Shown here: piece by piece, positions 9,271 through 17,758 of the stretch
Numbering within the stretch: the stretch's first letter is position 1
Layout of the letters: the number at the start of each line of letters is the position of its first letter
Source of the DNA: Escherichia phage ECD7
Direction: 5' to 3' (one strand)
Sequence record: NC_041936.1
DNA: 64,000 bases
Position numbers and translations under genes: made by a program
The notes under the pieces: generated by a model
Told to the model about the DNA's origin: nothing
What the model saw: only the letters and a program-made list of their open reading frames with translations
Database searches by the model: none

Positions 9271-10079
9271 TCTACGTTAGTTACATAAACTTCTTGTGTA
9301 TCAGAAGACTTACCACCTGAACGATCTAGGCAATAGGTCTTATTCAACAGGACGCAGTTTAAATCATTCCGCTTGATAAAGTCAAGGAGATGATCATTTA
9401 CCTTTCCCTTATGATGTGTGACATTACTGATACCAAACCGAAAACCACGCTCCATAATAGATTCTACCCACTGATAGAATTTAATCTCTTCCTCGTCACT
9501 CCAGAACTTATTATATTCCGCAGAAGTGATAAGGTACGGCGGGTCCAAATAAACGAAATCACCTGGCAAGATCTCGATCTCGTCATAACGACCAGAAGTA
9601 AAACTGATTCGACCGTCTTTGTTTTCTTCCTTAAAATTCAGGACACGCTCTACCGCGTTTTCGTTAAAAGTCCGGCGACCAAAATTAGCATTAAATTCGC
9701 CCTTCCGGTTATGGCGGTTAATGTTGCTAAAACTGTGCTGAATCAGAACAAACAGAGATAGCGGATCTGGATTCTCATTATACTTCTTACGGAATGCCAT
9801 GTAAGCATCTTTATCATCACGAGACAAATCATTTTCGGCAATAATCCGCTTGATCGTAGAAACCGGATCAGGACACTCGTCAATCGCTTTGTACGCTTCA
9901 ATTAAGCGGTGATCATAGTCATTAGCCAGCACATCCCCTTCGACGTACAGAGACACGCTCAAGCCGCCACAAAAGGCATCAACAAAGCGGTTATAGTGCT
10001 TAGGGAAATACTTACTAACACCTGGCAATAGCTTTTCCTTATTGCCAGTATAGGGAATTAAACCTAATGCTTTCTTCAT
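9267..10079 (-). CDS. dam: DNA adenine methyltransferase (Dam family)
   Basis: 270 aa; motifs YTGNK, NRFVDAFCGGLSV, DFVYLDPPY and ISNV, collinear with T4 Dam. Confidence 0.9.
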   Translation of the reverse strand: MKKALGLIPYTGNKEKLLPGVSKYFPKHYNRFVDAFCGGLSVSLYVEGDVLANDYDHRLIEAYKAIDECPDPVSTIKRIIAENDLSRDDKDAYMAFRKKYNENPDPLSLFVLIQHSFSNINRHNRKGEFNANFGRRTFNENAVERVLNFKEENKDGRISFTSGRYDEIEILPGDFVYLDPPYLITSAEYNKFWSDEEEIKFYQWVESIMERGFRFGISNVTHHKGKVNDHLLDFIKRNDLNCVLLNKTYCLDRSGGKSSDTQEVYVTNVD

Positions 10080-10510
10080 TATCCCTTCCTCAAATAAGTT
10101 CTCTCAAGCTCTACCAGTTCGAAAAATTCTTGCCAATCACACGGAAAATTGCAGTTTCCAAAATGGTCTTCGTTATAGAGTTCTTGACCGGATGGCAACT
10201 TAATATCTGTTACGCTGTAGTATCCGCAACAATCGCAATCACCCTCTGTATATTCTGTTTTGGTAGGAATATCCATCATTGCCAGATACAAAGGTACATC
10301 GTCTTGCTCAAAGTTCATGTAACCTTCATGGTCAAACGAGACAAAGTTATCATCACCACCGAAAGGGATATAATGGTCATAATCGGTTATAGGTTGACCG
10401 TGTAATTCCCATTCTACAATTTTAACATTACCACTAAACTTTATACCCATAATTTCAACAAGAAAATGAGTATCGTCAATGTAAATCTTACTAGGGGTTG
10501 GATAAACCAT
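10079..10510 (-). CDS. hypothetical protein
   Basis: ORF track 143 aa. Confidence 0.5.
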   Translation of the reverse strand: MVYPTPSKIYIDDTHFLVEIMGIKFSGNVKIVEWELHGQPITDYDHYIPFGGDDNFVSFDHEGYMNFEQDDVPLYLAMMDIPTKTEYTEGDCDCCGYYSVTDIKLPSGQELYNEDHFGNCNFPCDWQEFFELVELERTYLRKG

Positions 10511-10520
10511 TATATAATCC

Positions 10521-10817
10521 TCATATCTCAGAGAATAGAATCTCTGTTAGCTTCACTGACTGCTCTCTGAATGTTAGCGTATACTCGAAAGGAAAGTCAA
10601 CACCCAACTTCAAAAGAGAATAGCCTACCGCCTCTTTATGCTTATCGGTTAGGGCGATCCTAACCAATTCCCGTTGAATCTCTTTAGGCGGTGAATGGAT
10701 AGTAACACGGGTATCATGTAATGTCCAGTCACCATTTCGAATTAAGATTAACGGTTTATCATCATTGAAGATCACCGACCCCTTTCCGGTCGGTGAATGT
10801 TTTATATTAATCATCAA
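10521..10817 (-). CDS. hypothetical protein
   Basis: ORF track 98 aa. Confidence 0.45.
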   Translation of the reverse strand: MMINIKHSPTGKGSVIFNDDKPLILIRNGDWTLHDTRVTIHSPPKEIQRELVRIALTDKHKEAVGYSLLKLGVDFPFEYTLTFREQSVKLTEILFSEI

Positions 10818-11028
10818 ATTCTAAGAAATATTCTGGAACGATATAACCGTTAAAGTCATTGCACTTATAAAAATGTGGTGCATTTAATGCTGGATGAGCA
10901 TTAGTAAAGAGTTTACCCTCTAGAAACAGAATGTAATTAATCGGTCTAATACCGACAGAATCAGGGTCTAAACCTTTTTCTTTCAGTTCAGCCAGCGTTA
11001 AAACTCGTCCAGATCGTAACTTAGCCAT
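10807..11028 (-). CDS. hypothetical protein
   Basis: ORF track 73 aa. Confidence 0.4.
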   Translation of the reverse strand: MAKLRSGRVLTLAELKEKGLDPDSVGIRPINYILFLEGKLFTNAHPALNAPHFYKCNDFNGYIVPEYFLEFDD

Positions 11029-11314
11029 GATTTACCCCCAATTCATCAAGATTATGTCGCAGCATTTCAGAGTATTTTTCTACTTCCTTAATCTTAGTGT
11101 GGATATCCACGATCTCATCCACACTATCAGAAATTTTAATGGCATTCGCGAGCGTGCTTTTACCCGCTTTCACAGTCTCTTTCATTTCAACCAACATGTC
11201 CGCGTGTTTCAATAGTAATTCTTCACGTCGAACATAAGCGACGGTCAAAGCCTCATCAGCGATTTCTAAAGCATTTTCAGCGACACCAACAACCATTTTA
11301 CGAGTAGACAGCAT
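11021..11314 (-). CDS. hypothetical coiled-coil protein
   Basis: ORF track 97 aa. Confidence 0.45.
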   Translation of the reverse strand: MLSTRKMVVGVAENALEIADEALTVAYVRREELLLKHADMLVEMKETVKAGKSTLANAIKISDSVDEIVDIHTKIKEVEKYSEMLRHNLDELGVNHG

Positions 11315-11328
11315 AAATTCACCTCACA

Positions 11329-11637
11329 TTATTTCACATTAACGCCGTCATCAATCCAGCCGACGCTATTTGGTTTAACAGTTTTACCATAGGATGCATA
11401 CTTAATCAAGCATGGTTTAACATCATTATCAAATCTTCCTAAACGTACCCCAAGATCAGGAATATCCATGTAGGCGGCTTTATATCCCCATGTGCCATAT
11501 TCAGAATCAATCTCAACCGGACGGCCTTTAAAAGCATACACTACACCGTGACGGTCAACGATAACATAGCAATAACCAGCCGGAAGATACACAGTTTCGC
11601 CGTAAACTTTAACTGGAGTAGCAGAAGAGATAAACAT
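11329..11637 (-). CDS. hypothetical protein
   Basis: ORF 11329..11673 trimmed to the Met behind GAGGATTATATT; promoter at 11672-11700. Confidence 0.45.
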   Translation of the reverse strand: MFISSATPVKVYGETVYLPAGYCYVIVDRHGVVYAFKGRPVEIDSEYGTWGYKAAYMDIPDLGVRLGRFDNDVKPCLIKYASYGKTVKPNSVGWIDDGVNVK

Positions 11638-11671
11638 AATATAATCCTCACATCGTTCATTTGATGCGGTC

Positions 11672-11700
11672 ATTATATGATAACCGCATTTTCATGTCAA
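11672..11700 (-). promoter_or_regulatory. early promoter TTGACA-17-TATAAT with dyad ATGCGGT/ACCGCAT around the -10
   Basis: Consensus hexamers; leader GAGGATTATATT-ATG. Confidence 0.55.
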
Positions 11701-11708
11701 CAGTTTTT

Positions 11709-12071
11709 TTAAAAATCTTCGTCCGGTTTATATCGACCGTCATCGACTGGTTTTGGACTGAATCCTTTATGCGTGCGCGGCTTCGCTTCCGGTTTACCAG
11801 CAATCATCAAACCAAAACATTTCATCCCCTTATAACACATAACAATATCAACCACGGTCCACGTTATAGGCCATAAGATTGCAGCAATACAAAATGCTCC
11901 TGTATCGACCTCTTTGGTGTCCTTGTCGAATCTGGCATACAAGCAGAATACTAGATACGAGATCATTGCACCAGTAACCCAGATATAAAGTACATTAACA
12001 ATATCTTGTGTTGTCAAATTGTCCTCCTTACATGTCTTGCAGTGCATAAAAGCATTTTTCTTCGTAGTCAT
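11709..12071 (-). CDS. hypothetical membrane protein
   Basis: ORF track; two hydrophobic segments; the listed first codon is non-ATG so an internal ATG is used. Confidence 0.4.
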   Translation of the reverse strand: MTTKKNAFMHCKTCKEDNLTTQDIVNVLYIWVTGAMISYLVFCLYARFDKDTKEVDTGAFCIAAILWPITWTVVDIVMCYKGMKCFGLMIAGKPEAKPRTHKGFSPKPVDDGRYKPDEDF

Positions 12072-12306
12072 AGAAAATGTCAAAGTATGCTTTTTCTACA
12101 TACTCGCCATTGATCCAAGCGGCAGTAACAATCAGAGTGGTCCAGTTAGATCCGCTCTCAACGGTAAAGGTTTTAATACCCAGCTTCGCTGCCAAGTCGA
12201 ACGCAAACCGGACGCAACCACGGCAGGAAGTGATATTGGAAGTTTTGATTTTAAAGCCACCGCGAGTTTTAGAAATTTCTACTTTAGCGAAAGACAGGTT
12301 GCTCAT
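12028..12306 (-). CDS. hypothetical protein with CRGC motif
   Basis: ORF track 92 aa; SD AAGGAGAATCAAA; promoter at 12349-12377. Confidence 0.45.
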   Translation of the reverse strand: MSNLSFAKVEISKTRGGFKIKTSNITSCRGCVRFAFDLAAKLGIKTFTVESGSNWTTLIVTAAWINGEYVEKAYFDIFYDYEEKCFYALQDM

Positions 12307-12348
12307 TTTGATTCTCCTTAAGAAAGTGTGTTTCGTTTTGATGTGTGT

Positions 12349-12377
12349 AGTATAGGGGATACGTGATCCCCTGTCAA
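12349..12377 (-). promoter_or_regulatory. early promoter TTGACA-17-TATACT whose 17-nt spacer is the palindrome GGGGATCACGTATCCCC
   Basis: Anchored between the 12386 stop and the 12306 start. Confidence 0.55.
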
Positions 12378-12385
12378 CAACTTTT

Positions 12386-12715
12386 TTATGATTTTAGTGA
12401 ATTAACCACTACATCAAAATGATGGACAGAGCACACCTTACGAAACACATATTCATCGTGTTTCGGGATCTCCCCTAACCTCTCTATTTCGCTCGCCATA
12501 ACGATAAACTGTTTATCTGGTGCATATGCCTTGTATGCTTCAACAACGCACGGAAAACGCGTTTTAGAGAGTTCTGGATAGTTTTCTGAATCCAGAAGGA
12601 CAATGAATACTCTGTTACATTGATTGTAGAATCCTGTTTTTGATTTCATCAAGTTTTCTTCTATGTTCAAGTCGCGCAATCTTCTTTTCATGATTTCGTT
12701 GGTTCTTGTCTTCAC
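12386..12715 (-). CDS. hypothetical protein (overlaps upstream ORF by about 100 nt)
   Basis: ORF track 109 aa. Confidence 0.4.
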   Translation of the reverse strand: MKTRTNEIMKRRLRDLNIEENLMKSKTGFYNQCNRVFIVLLDSENYPELSKTRFPCVVEAYKAYAPDKQFIVMASEIERLGEIPKHDEYVFRKVCSVHHFDVVVNSLKS

Positions 12716-12956
12716 AGTTTACCCACTCAACAAGATCTTTACCTAACTCGAAAGCCCATTCTCGGTCTTGCTTTACGTTTTGTAGGTATGGACTTTCTGA
12801 CACTCTACGAAGTGATGTTGTCGTAACAAGAATGATCCCAGAAATGGTCGGATGTTCCTTTCCATATACAATAGGACGCGAGTCACGTTCAATACCCTGT
12901 AAGAAGGTGTATCCTGAATCACTTAGGATCATATACATTTTCATTTCATCCATCAC
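12615..12956 (-). CDS. hypothetical protein
   Basis: ORF track 113 aa. Confidence 0.4.
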   Translation of the reverse strand: MMDEMKMYMILSDSGYTFLQGIERDSRPIVYGKEHPTISGIILVTTTSLRRVSESPYLQNVKQDREWAFELGKDLVEWVNCEDKNQRNHEKKIARLEHRRKLDEIKNRILQSM

Positions 12957-13210
12957 AGTTTCCTCAACCAGTTATTAAAGCGAGTAAACCATGATGCTTT
13001 TCGTGCTTCTTTTACTTTATGTGCACGTAAACCACTGAAACACCATTCATAATCATCACTGAAACATGATTCAACAGGAACACCCGCATTTCGTAGTTCT
13101 CTGGTCTTTATCATGAATCCTTGACATAAGGGGCGACCTTCAACAATAATAGGAAGTTTAACTTTTTCCATGAAAGTATACCCAGCACGGTCAATAATTT
13201 CAATTTTCAT
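12953..13210 (-). CDS. hypothetical protein
   Basis: ORF track 85 aa. Confidence 0.45.
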   Translation of the reverse strand: MKIEIIDRAGYTFMEKVKLPIIVEGRPLCQGFMIKTRELRNAGVPVESCFSDDYEWCFSGLRAHKVKEARKASWFTRFNNWLRKL

Positions 13211-13454
13211 TTACATTATCTCCATAGATCTTTCCAGCAATATCAATTTCACCAGCGCGAACATCTAGGATAAGATGCGGTAGGTGTATGCAGTTTTCCC
13301 ACCCTACGCGCTTCATTTCTTCTACGGTAACGTAAGCCCATCCGTTCGCTGTAATAAAGTCTACTTCAACCTTGAGAGGAAAGAAAGACTTTTCTATGTC
13401 TTCGAATCCGACAATATGTTTTGTTGTTGAATATGGAATATATCCGGTGATCAT
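13200..13454 (-). CDS. hypothetical protein
   Basis: ORF track 84 aa. Confidence 0.45.
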   Translation of the reverse strand: MITGYIPYSTTKHIVGFEDIEKSFFPLKVEVDFITANGWAYVTVEEMKRVGWENCIHLPHLILDVRAGEIDIAGKIYGDNVNEN

Positions 13455-13885
13455 TTTGTGATCTCCTTATACTCAACACACCATAAGCGGGTAGCCCATG
13501 ATAAACGCTCATAACGCTGGCAGAAATCGGACCATAGATATTGTGCACCGTTCGGCATAGTTGAAATATGCGTTTTCTCTCCAACTTTCACGAAAGAAGT
13601 ATTCGATTTTGTGATCTCGACCGGAGTATACCCGAAAGCGGGTTCCAAGCCAACATCTGAACTAAATGCCAATTTAACAGAATTTGTTTTTCTGACCGCT
13701 GTCCGGTTTCCTTCTGGGTATAGCACAGCAGGTTTAGCGCCTAAGCGGATAAACTCAGTGTTTTTAATAAACAGAATATCATGATAACCGTCATATTCTG
13801 ACACTTCCATAGTAACAGGAAAATCGACATGTGCTAAACCCGGTAGATCTCGCATATCATGAAAGGTCGCCATCAACTTTTTCAT
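13451..13885 (-). CDS. hypothetical protein (paralog of 13896..14141)
   Basis: ORF track 144 aa; shared motif ITKSN.SFV.VGE.THI.TM...QY.WS.FC..YE.LSWA. Confidence 0.5.
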   Translation of the reverse strand: MKKLMATFHDMRDLPGLAHVDFPVTMEVSEYDGYHDILFIKNTEFIRLGAKPAVLYPEGNRTAVRKTNSVKLAFSSDVGLEPAFGYTPVEITKSNTSFVKVGEKTHISTMPNGAQYLWSDFCQRYERLSWATRLWCVEYKEITK

Positions 13886-13895
13886 TCTATATTCC

Positions 13896-14141
13896 TCACT
13901 CTTCTGTAATTACTTCATATTCAATTTTCCATACATCAATCGCCCAGCTTAAAAGCTCGTACGATTTACAGAAAGATGACCAAATATACTGTTTTCCGTA
14001 CATCGTTGTTATGTGTGTATGCTCGCCAACTTCAACGAAAGACATATTTGACTTTGTGATAACTATAGGAATGCAACCGAAAGGAGGCGGTATTACTGAT
14101 TCGTTGGTCTTCATTCTATATTCCTCACTCTTCGGTTTCAT
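13896..14141 (-). CDS. hypothetical protein (paralog of 13451..13885)
   Basis: ORF track 81 aa. Confidence 0.45.
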   Translation of the reverse strand: MKPKSEEYRMKTNESVIPPPFGCIPIVITKSNMSFVEVGEHTHITTMYGKQYIWSSFCKSYELLSWAIDVWKIEYEVITEE

Positions 14142-14322
14142 TTCTTTTATATGGTACTATAACCGGATTAATACAGCAAGCACCAATTACGTTATGAGCA
14201 CCACAATTTAAGCATTTATAATCATGGAACTTATTAAGGAATCGCCCGAACTCATAACCTACTAGCGCCGCGTGTACTTGAGTCTCGATCTCATCCATAT
14301 CAGCCAATGTTTTAACCTTCAT
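14125..14322 (-). CDS. hypothetical Cys-rich protein
   Basis: ORF 14125..14361 trimmed to the Met behind GAGGATTATATT; CLNCGAHNVIGACC. Confidence 0.4.
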   Translation of the reverse strand: MKVKTLADMDEIETQVHAALVGYEFGRFLNKFHDYKCLNCGAHNVIGACCINPVIVPYKRNETEE

Positions 14323-14332
14323 AATATAATCC

Positions 14333-14623
14333 TCAAATACTGGTTTTGCGAAGATGGTCATTACATGCTTTTAATGCATCAGTTGCTGTGTCATAACGAG
14401 TATTATCATAGCACCAATAACCATCTGTCAACTGATAAATTAATCCATCCTTTTTAGCTTCGATGAAAGATAACTCTTTGAAAGTTTCTACTTTCTTTGC
14501 TGATACTCCACGGTCACGGCGCTTATAGAGTTTAGCTAAAATGCGTTCAGCTTGTTCCTCTTTATCACCAGACAGATCCCAAATAATGTTGCGGATATGT
14601 TTGATTAATTGTTCAGTGGTCAT
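14333..14623 (-). CDS. hypothetical protein
   Basis: ORF track 96 aa; promoter at 14653-14680. Confidence 0.45.
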   Translation of the reverse strand: MTTEQLIKHIRNIIWDLSGDKEEQAERILAKLYKRRDRGVSAKKVETFKELSFIEAKKDGLIYQLTDGYWCYDNTRYDTATDALKACNDHLRKTSI

Positions 14624-14652
14624 CTTTGATTCTCCTTAGTTGGTATGTGTGC

Positions 14653-14680
14653 ATTATAGCATTGTGATTATCTTTGTCAA
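14653..14680 (-). promoter_or_regulatory. early promoter TTGACA-16-TATAAT
   Basis: Immediately downstream of the 14684-14717 terminator; SD AAGGAGAATCAAAG. Confidence 0.55.
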
Positions 14681-14683
14681 CAC

Positions 14684-14717
14684 CCAAAAACAAAAAAGGC
14701 TATCCCGAAGGATAGCC
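14684..14717 (-). terminator. rho-independent terminator after the Gly-rich gene
   Basis: Hairpin GGCTATCCTTCGGGATAGCC + TTTTTTGTTTTT on the minus strand. Confidence 0.6.
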
Positions 14718-14724
14718 CATAAAA

Positions 14725-15501
14725 TTACACGCGAGCGCCGTAGATCGTGCCTACTTTATCCCAGCGAGGGGCATTACCAGTAACAGCCTTACCAGCAGCA
14801 CCACCGTTATATTCTGTACCGTTACCTTGAGTATTACATCTTCCTCCAGCAGCACCGACGTCACCACCAGCACCACCTGTATATGCACTAAGAGACCCCT
14901 CACCAACAGATCCTTTACCCGGAGCGGAAATAGTGCCGGCGGTTGCACCAGCACTCATATTAGAGGAAGACCCACCAGCACCAAATGGACGACCGCCGCC
15001 ACCGCCAAAGGATAGTTTACCCCTGTTACCACCGCCACCGCCACCGCCGCCACCAGCGATTGCACCGTTATTCGTAATTCGTAGACGTGTACCGATAGCG
15101 TTATTGATTGCGTTTCCACCAGCAGCGCCAGCAGCGTTACTACCACCATTACCCCCACGTCCGTAGACAGTCACACCGGCGTTAATGATCAATGTTACAT
15201 ATTCGTTTGTTAACGAGCTAGGGAAGTCAAGACAAGGAACGCCAGTAGATTGGGAAACAATATTACCAGTGATAGTAATTACTACAGGAGTAGATCCTTG
15301 TGCTTTCATCCAGTTAATAAGAGTGTCTTTATTGTAAGAGTTACTAGCACCAATGCTATAATGAATCTCTTTAGAGCGTCCGACCATTGCCGACATATAC
15401 GCCGGACGACCTAAGCGTACAGCTTGCATTGCGGCGCTCATCCACCGTTGACCAGTCTCGGACACCGCAGATGATCCTACCCATCCAGAAGATATTGCCA
15501 T
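14725..15501 (-). CDS. glycine-rich protein (folded N-terminal part plus about 140-aa Gly/Ala/Ser low-complexity tail)
   Basis: ORF track 258 aa; runs such as GGGGGGGGGNRGKLSFGGGGG; bracketed by hairpin terminators on both sides. Confidence 0.55.
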   Translation of the reverse strand: MAISSGWVGSSAVSETGQRWMSAAMQAVRLGRPAYMSAMVGRSKEIHYSIGASNSYNKDTLINWMKAQGSTPVVITITGNIVSQSTGVPCLDFPSSLTNEYVTLIINAGVTVYGRGGNGGSNAAGAAGGNAINNAIGTRLRITNNGAIAGGGGGGGGGNRGKLSFGGGGGRPFGAGGSSSNMSAGATAGTISAPGKGSVGEGSLSAYTGGAGGDVGAAGGRCNTQGNGTEYNGGAAGKAVTGNAPRWDKVGTIYGARV

Positions 15502-15514
15502 AAAATTTCCTCAC

Positions 15515-15537
15515 AAGAAAAGCCCCAATTAAGGGGC
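15515..15537 (-). terminator. hairpin with short U-run upstream of the Gly-rich gene (weak terminator or attenuator)
   Basis: GCCCC-TTAATT-GGGGC + TTTTCTTG, 20 nt before the 15501 ATG. Confidence 0.35.
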
Positions 15538-15555
15538 ATTGATTGATAATATTAC

Positions 15556-15777
15556 TTAGATGACCTCTGCTTCACCATCCAGGAAGAAAGACCATGTTTT
15601 GTTAGGATAGCGAAGCGCCCATGATTCAGCAGTTTTAACACCAGATTCGAACAATTGACGACTGGTTACTTTAGCCATACCATCTTCGATGGCAACGTTT
15701 TCAATAATCATCGGGTAATTAGCGCCACGCATGAAACCGAAACCAGCGGAAGATTTGATAATTTTAACAGTTGCCAT
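15556..15777 (-). CDS. hypothetical protein
   Basis: ORF track 73 aa; promoter at 15820-15848. Confidence 0.45.
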   Translation of the reverse strand: MATVKIIKSSAGFGFMRGANYPMIIENVAIEDGMAKVTSRQLFESGVKTAESWALRYPNKTWSFFLDGEAEVI

Positions 15778-15819
15778 TTTTTGATTCTCCTAGAAAGTGT
15801 ATCTCGTTTCGATGTGTGC

Positions 15820-15848
15820 ATTATGCAATAACACCGGATCGCTGTCAA
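15820..15848 (-). promoter_or_regulatory. early promoter TTGACA-17-CATAAT
   Basis: Anchored between the 15867 stop and the 15777 start; same leader as other cassettes. Confidence 0.5.
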
Positions 15849-15866
15849 CACTTTCTAAGAAAAATT

Positions 15867-16151
15867 TTAAATTAATCGAATATAGCCCAGAATTTCAGCA
15901 CTTTTAGCCAGGTCTAAAACTTCCCATTCAAGGTCGCCGTAGTCATAATTTGCAACCATCAACTGACCATTTTTCATGCAGCAATCATGAGAGAAAATTT
16001 GCCCCGCATAAACTACGATAGTGATAAACTTTCCTGATTCTGGCGGTGTGGAAGACAAAGCGACCATATGACCATTCAGCTTAGTCACCAGTGATGGAAC
16101 AATAAAATTCGGGCTTACCTTAATACCGTTAAATTCGTTTGTGTCTTTCAT
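15867..16151 (-). CDS. hypothetical protein
   Basis: ORF track 94 aa. Confidence 0.45.
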   Translation of the reverse strand: MKDTNEFNGIKVSPNFIVPSLVTKLNGHMVALSSTPPESGKFITIVVYAGQIFSHDCCMKNGQLMVANYDYGDLEWEVLDLAKSAEILGYIRLI

Positions 16152-16498
16152 GCCAGACCTCGCAAAACACTAATAGCATAATCATGCTGGTTATTCATAA
16201 TATCAATTGCATTGTGATAACGAGCTAAACCATCAAGGATAAATTCTTGTTTATCCTGTTTCAGTTTGGTATCACGCGCAGCCATAAGAGCATCGAGAAC
16301 AGGTCCAAAGTGATTATCTAATTCATCTTCGGTTGCAATGTTTCCTATTGCCTCGTCGATCCGTGATTCTAATGCTTGCTTTTCGTTGATCACTTGCTGG
16401 GTATATTCCAACACATCAAGAATATCGCGGGTAACGTCGCCATGATAAGGTATTCCCGCATGAAGGTGATCAATTAGTCGTTGAATGTCAATGTTCAT
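16148..16498 (-). CDS. hypothetical protein
   Basis: ORF track 116 aa. Confidence 0.45.
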   Translation of the reverse strand: MNIDIQRLIDHLHAGIPYHGDVTRDILDVLEYTQQVINEKQALESRIDEAIGNIATEDELDNHFGPVLDALMAARDTKLKQDKQEFILDGLARYHNAIDIMNNQHDYAISVLRGLA

Positions 16499-16833
16499 TT
16501 GTAACCCTCCTCTGAAAGCACATCCCAGATCGTTGCGTCAAGATGCATTAAATTCCACATAATAGAATCATAACTACCGAAGCCAGAAGTAAAAATTACA
16601 TCACACTGGCGATAAGTCTTATGAAAATCGGTAGCGGTCTCTGCATCAATAGGCATATCGTCACCGGAAAGCACCAGACATTTAAGAATCATAACTCTGT
16701 TAGCCGTTGGCGCTTGCTTAGTCTTTTCAGCATATTTTTCGATGATCCGTTTTGCCTTTTCTTCTTTGATACGTCCAGACCAAATCCGGTTTCGGTATTG
16801 ATTCATAATAATTTCAATCACATCATTTTGCAT
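16495..16833 (-). CDS. hypothetical protein
   Basis: ORF track 112 aa. Confidence 0.45.
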   Translation of the reverse strand: MQNDVIEIIMNQYRNRIWSGRIKEEKAKRIIEKYAEKTKQAPTANRVMILKCLVLSGDDMPIDAETATDFHKTYRQCDVIFTSGFGSYDSIMWNLMHLDATIWDVLSEEGYK

Positions 16834-17032
16834 TCTTCACGGTCTCCATAATTGTTTTGTAAGCCAGTTTAAGATGATCACCGAAAAACTTTGCGGTGTT
16901 ACCCTTCGGATCGCGGAGCATGGTTTCTACGATCTCATCGTCAGTAACAATTTCTCCCTTCTTTGCTGCATGTTCTACCATATACTTCAAAGTTTCTTCG
17001 GAGGCAAGTGCTGCGGCTACTGGATTAATCAT
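16823..17032 (-). CDS. hypothetical protein
   Basis: ORF track 69 aa; SD AAGGAGAACCAAA; promoter at 17062-17090. Confidence 0.4.
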   Translation of the reverse strand: MINPVAAALASEETLKYMVEHAAKKGEIVTDDEIVETMLRDPKGNTAKFFGDHLKLAYKTIMETVKNAK

Positions 17033-17061
17033 TTTGGTTCTCCTTTGTTGTCGATGTGTGC

Positions 17062-17090
17062 ATTATGCTATACCCTATTCCGGTTGTCAA
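17062..17090 (-). promoter_or_regulatory. early promoter TTGACA-17-CATAAT
   Basis: Downstream of the 17094-17125 terminator; leader CAACAAAGGAGAACCAAA-ATG. Confidence 0.5.
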
Positions 17091-17093
17091 CAC

Positions 17094-17125
17094 CTAAAAA
17101 CGAAAAAGCCACCCTTTCGGATGGC
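17094..17125 (-). terminator. rho-independent terminator
   Basis: Hairpin GCCATCCGAAAGGGTGGC + TTTTTCGTTTTT on the minus strand. Confidence 0.6.
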
Positions 17126-17359
17126 TTTTGATTATATTTTATTCACGTCCATTTGTATAGTAGTGTTTGAATCGACCTTTGCTAAACTCGTTAAACATAG
17201 TAACCAATTTACCATCCCTTTCCAATGATAACCCTTCCTCGTCTTAGATGGGTCTTCCGATTCGGCAGTAATTGAACACGCGAAAGTATGAGGAAGCCAA
17301 ATGGTTGTGTTAATGCTAGTATTCTTTTACTTCTGGTATGTATCCCAATGTGACTAACA

Positions 17360-17758
17360 TTAAGCCAATCGAGTGAGTTTATAAATTGTTTTAAAGCATA
17401 GAGCTTTGATATCGTCTAAAACGCTCTGTAACGAGCTATCAACATCATTATAAATCTCACTAGCCATTTGCGTTAACTCTTGCAAATAGGCAATTTCGCT
17501 CATCTCCTTGCGGACGACCAACGTTGGCTGATAACGACCAGTGATCCCAATATTGGTTTCAGTGAAATCATCAACCAATTCTTGCATTTCAAGATAGAAC
17601 TCTTCTAGAGCCTTATGTTTTGCATAAGATCCAGGACCAGTTACCCCAAAATGCGCAGAATGCATATAAGTAACACTCATCAGACATTCACCGATAAAGC
17701 GGTCAACTTTATTAGCTTTCCCCTCTTCGGACGTCTTTCGAAAATCACTGAATTTCAT
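17360..17758 (-). CDS. Dps/ferritin-like protein (putative)
   Basis: ORF 17360..17857 trimmed to MKFSDF; HSAHFGVTGPGSYAKH...EEFYLEMQELVDDFTE has the His-x12-His and Asp/Glu spacing of a Dps ferroxidase site. Confidence 0.45.
   Translation of the reverse strand: MKFSDFRKTSEEGKANKVDRFIGECLMSVTYMHSAHFGVTGPGSYAKHKALEEFYLEMQELVDDFTETNIGITGRYQPTLVVRKEMSEIAYLQELTQMASEIYNDVDSSLQSVLDDIKALCFKTIYKLTRLA

Noticed and set aside
14933-15166. Proline-rich plus-strand ORF (runs of PPPPPPPPP)
   Set aside because: It is the reverse complement of the GGN-rich glycine-rich gene 14725-15501; an antisense artefact of low-complexity sequence.
16896-17228. 110-aa plus-strand ORF across the 17.0-17.2 kb intergenic region
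   Set aside because: It runs against the local gene orientation and spans a minus-strand promoter and terminator; no SD; composition typical of non-coding AT-rich DNA.
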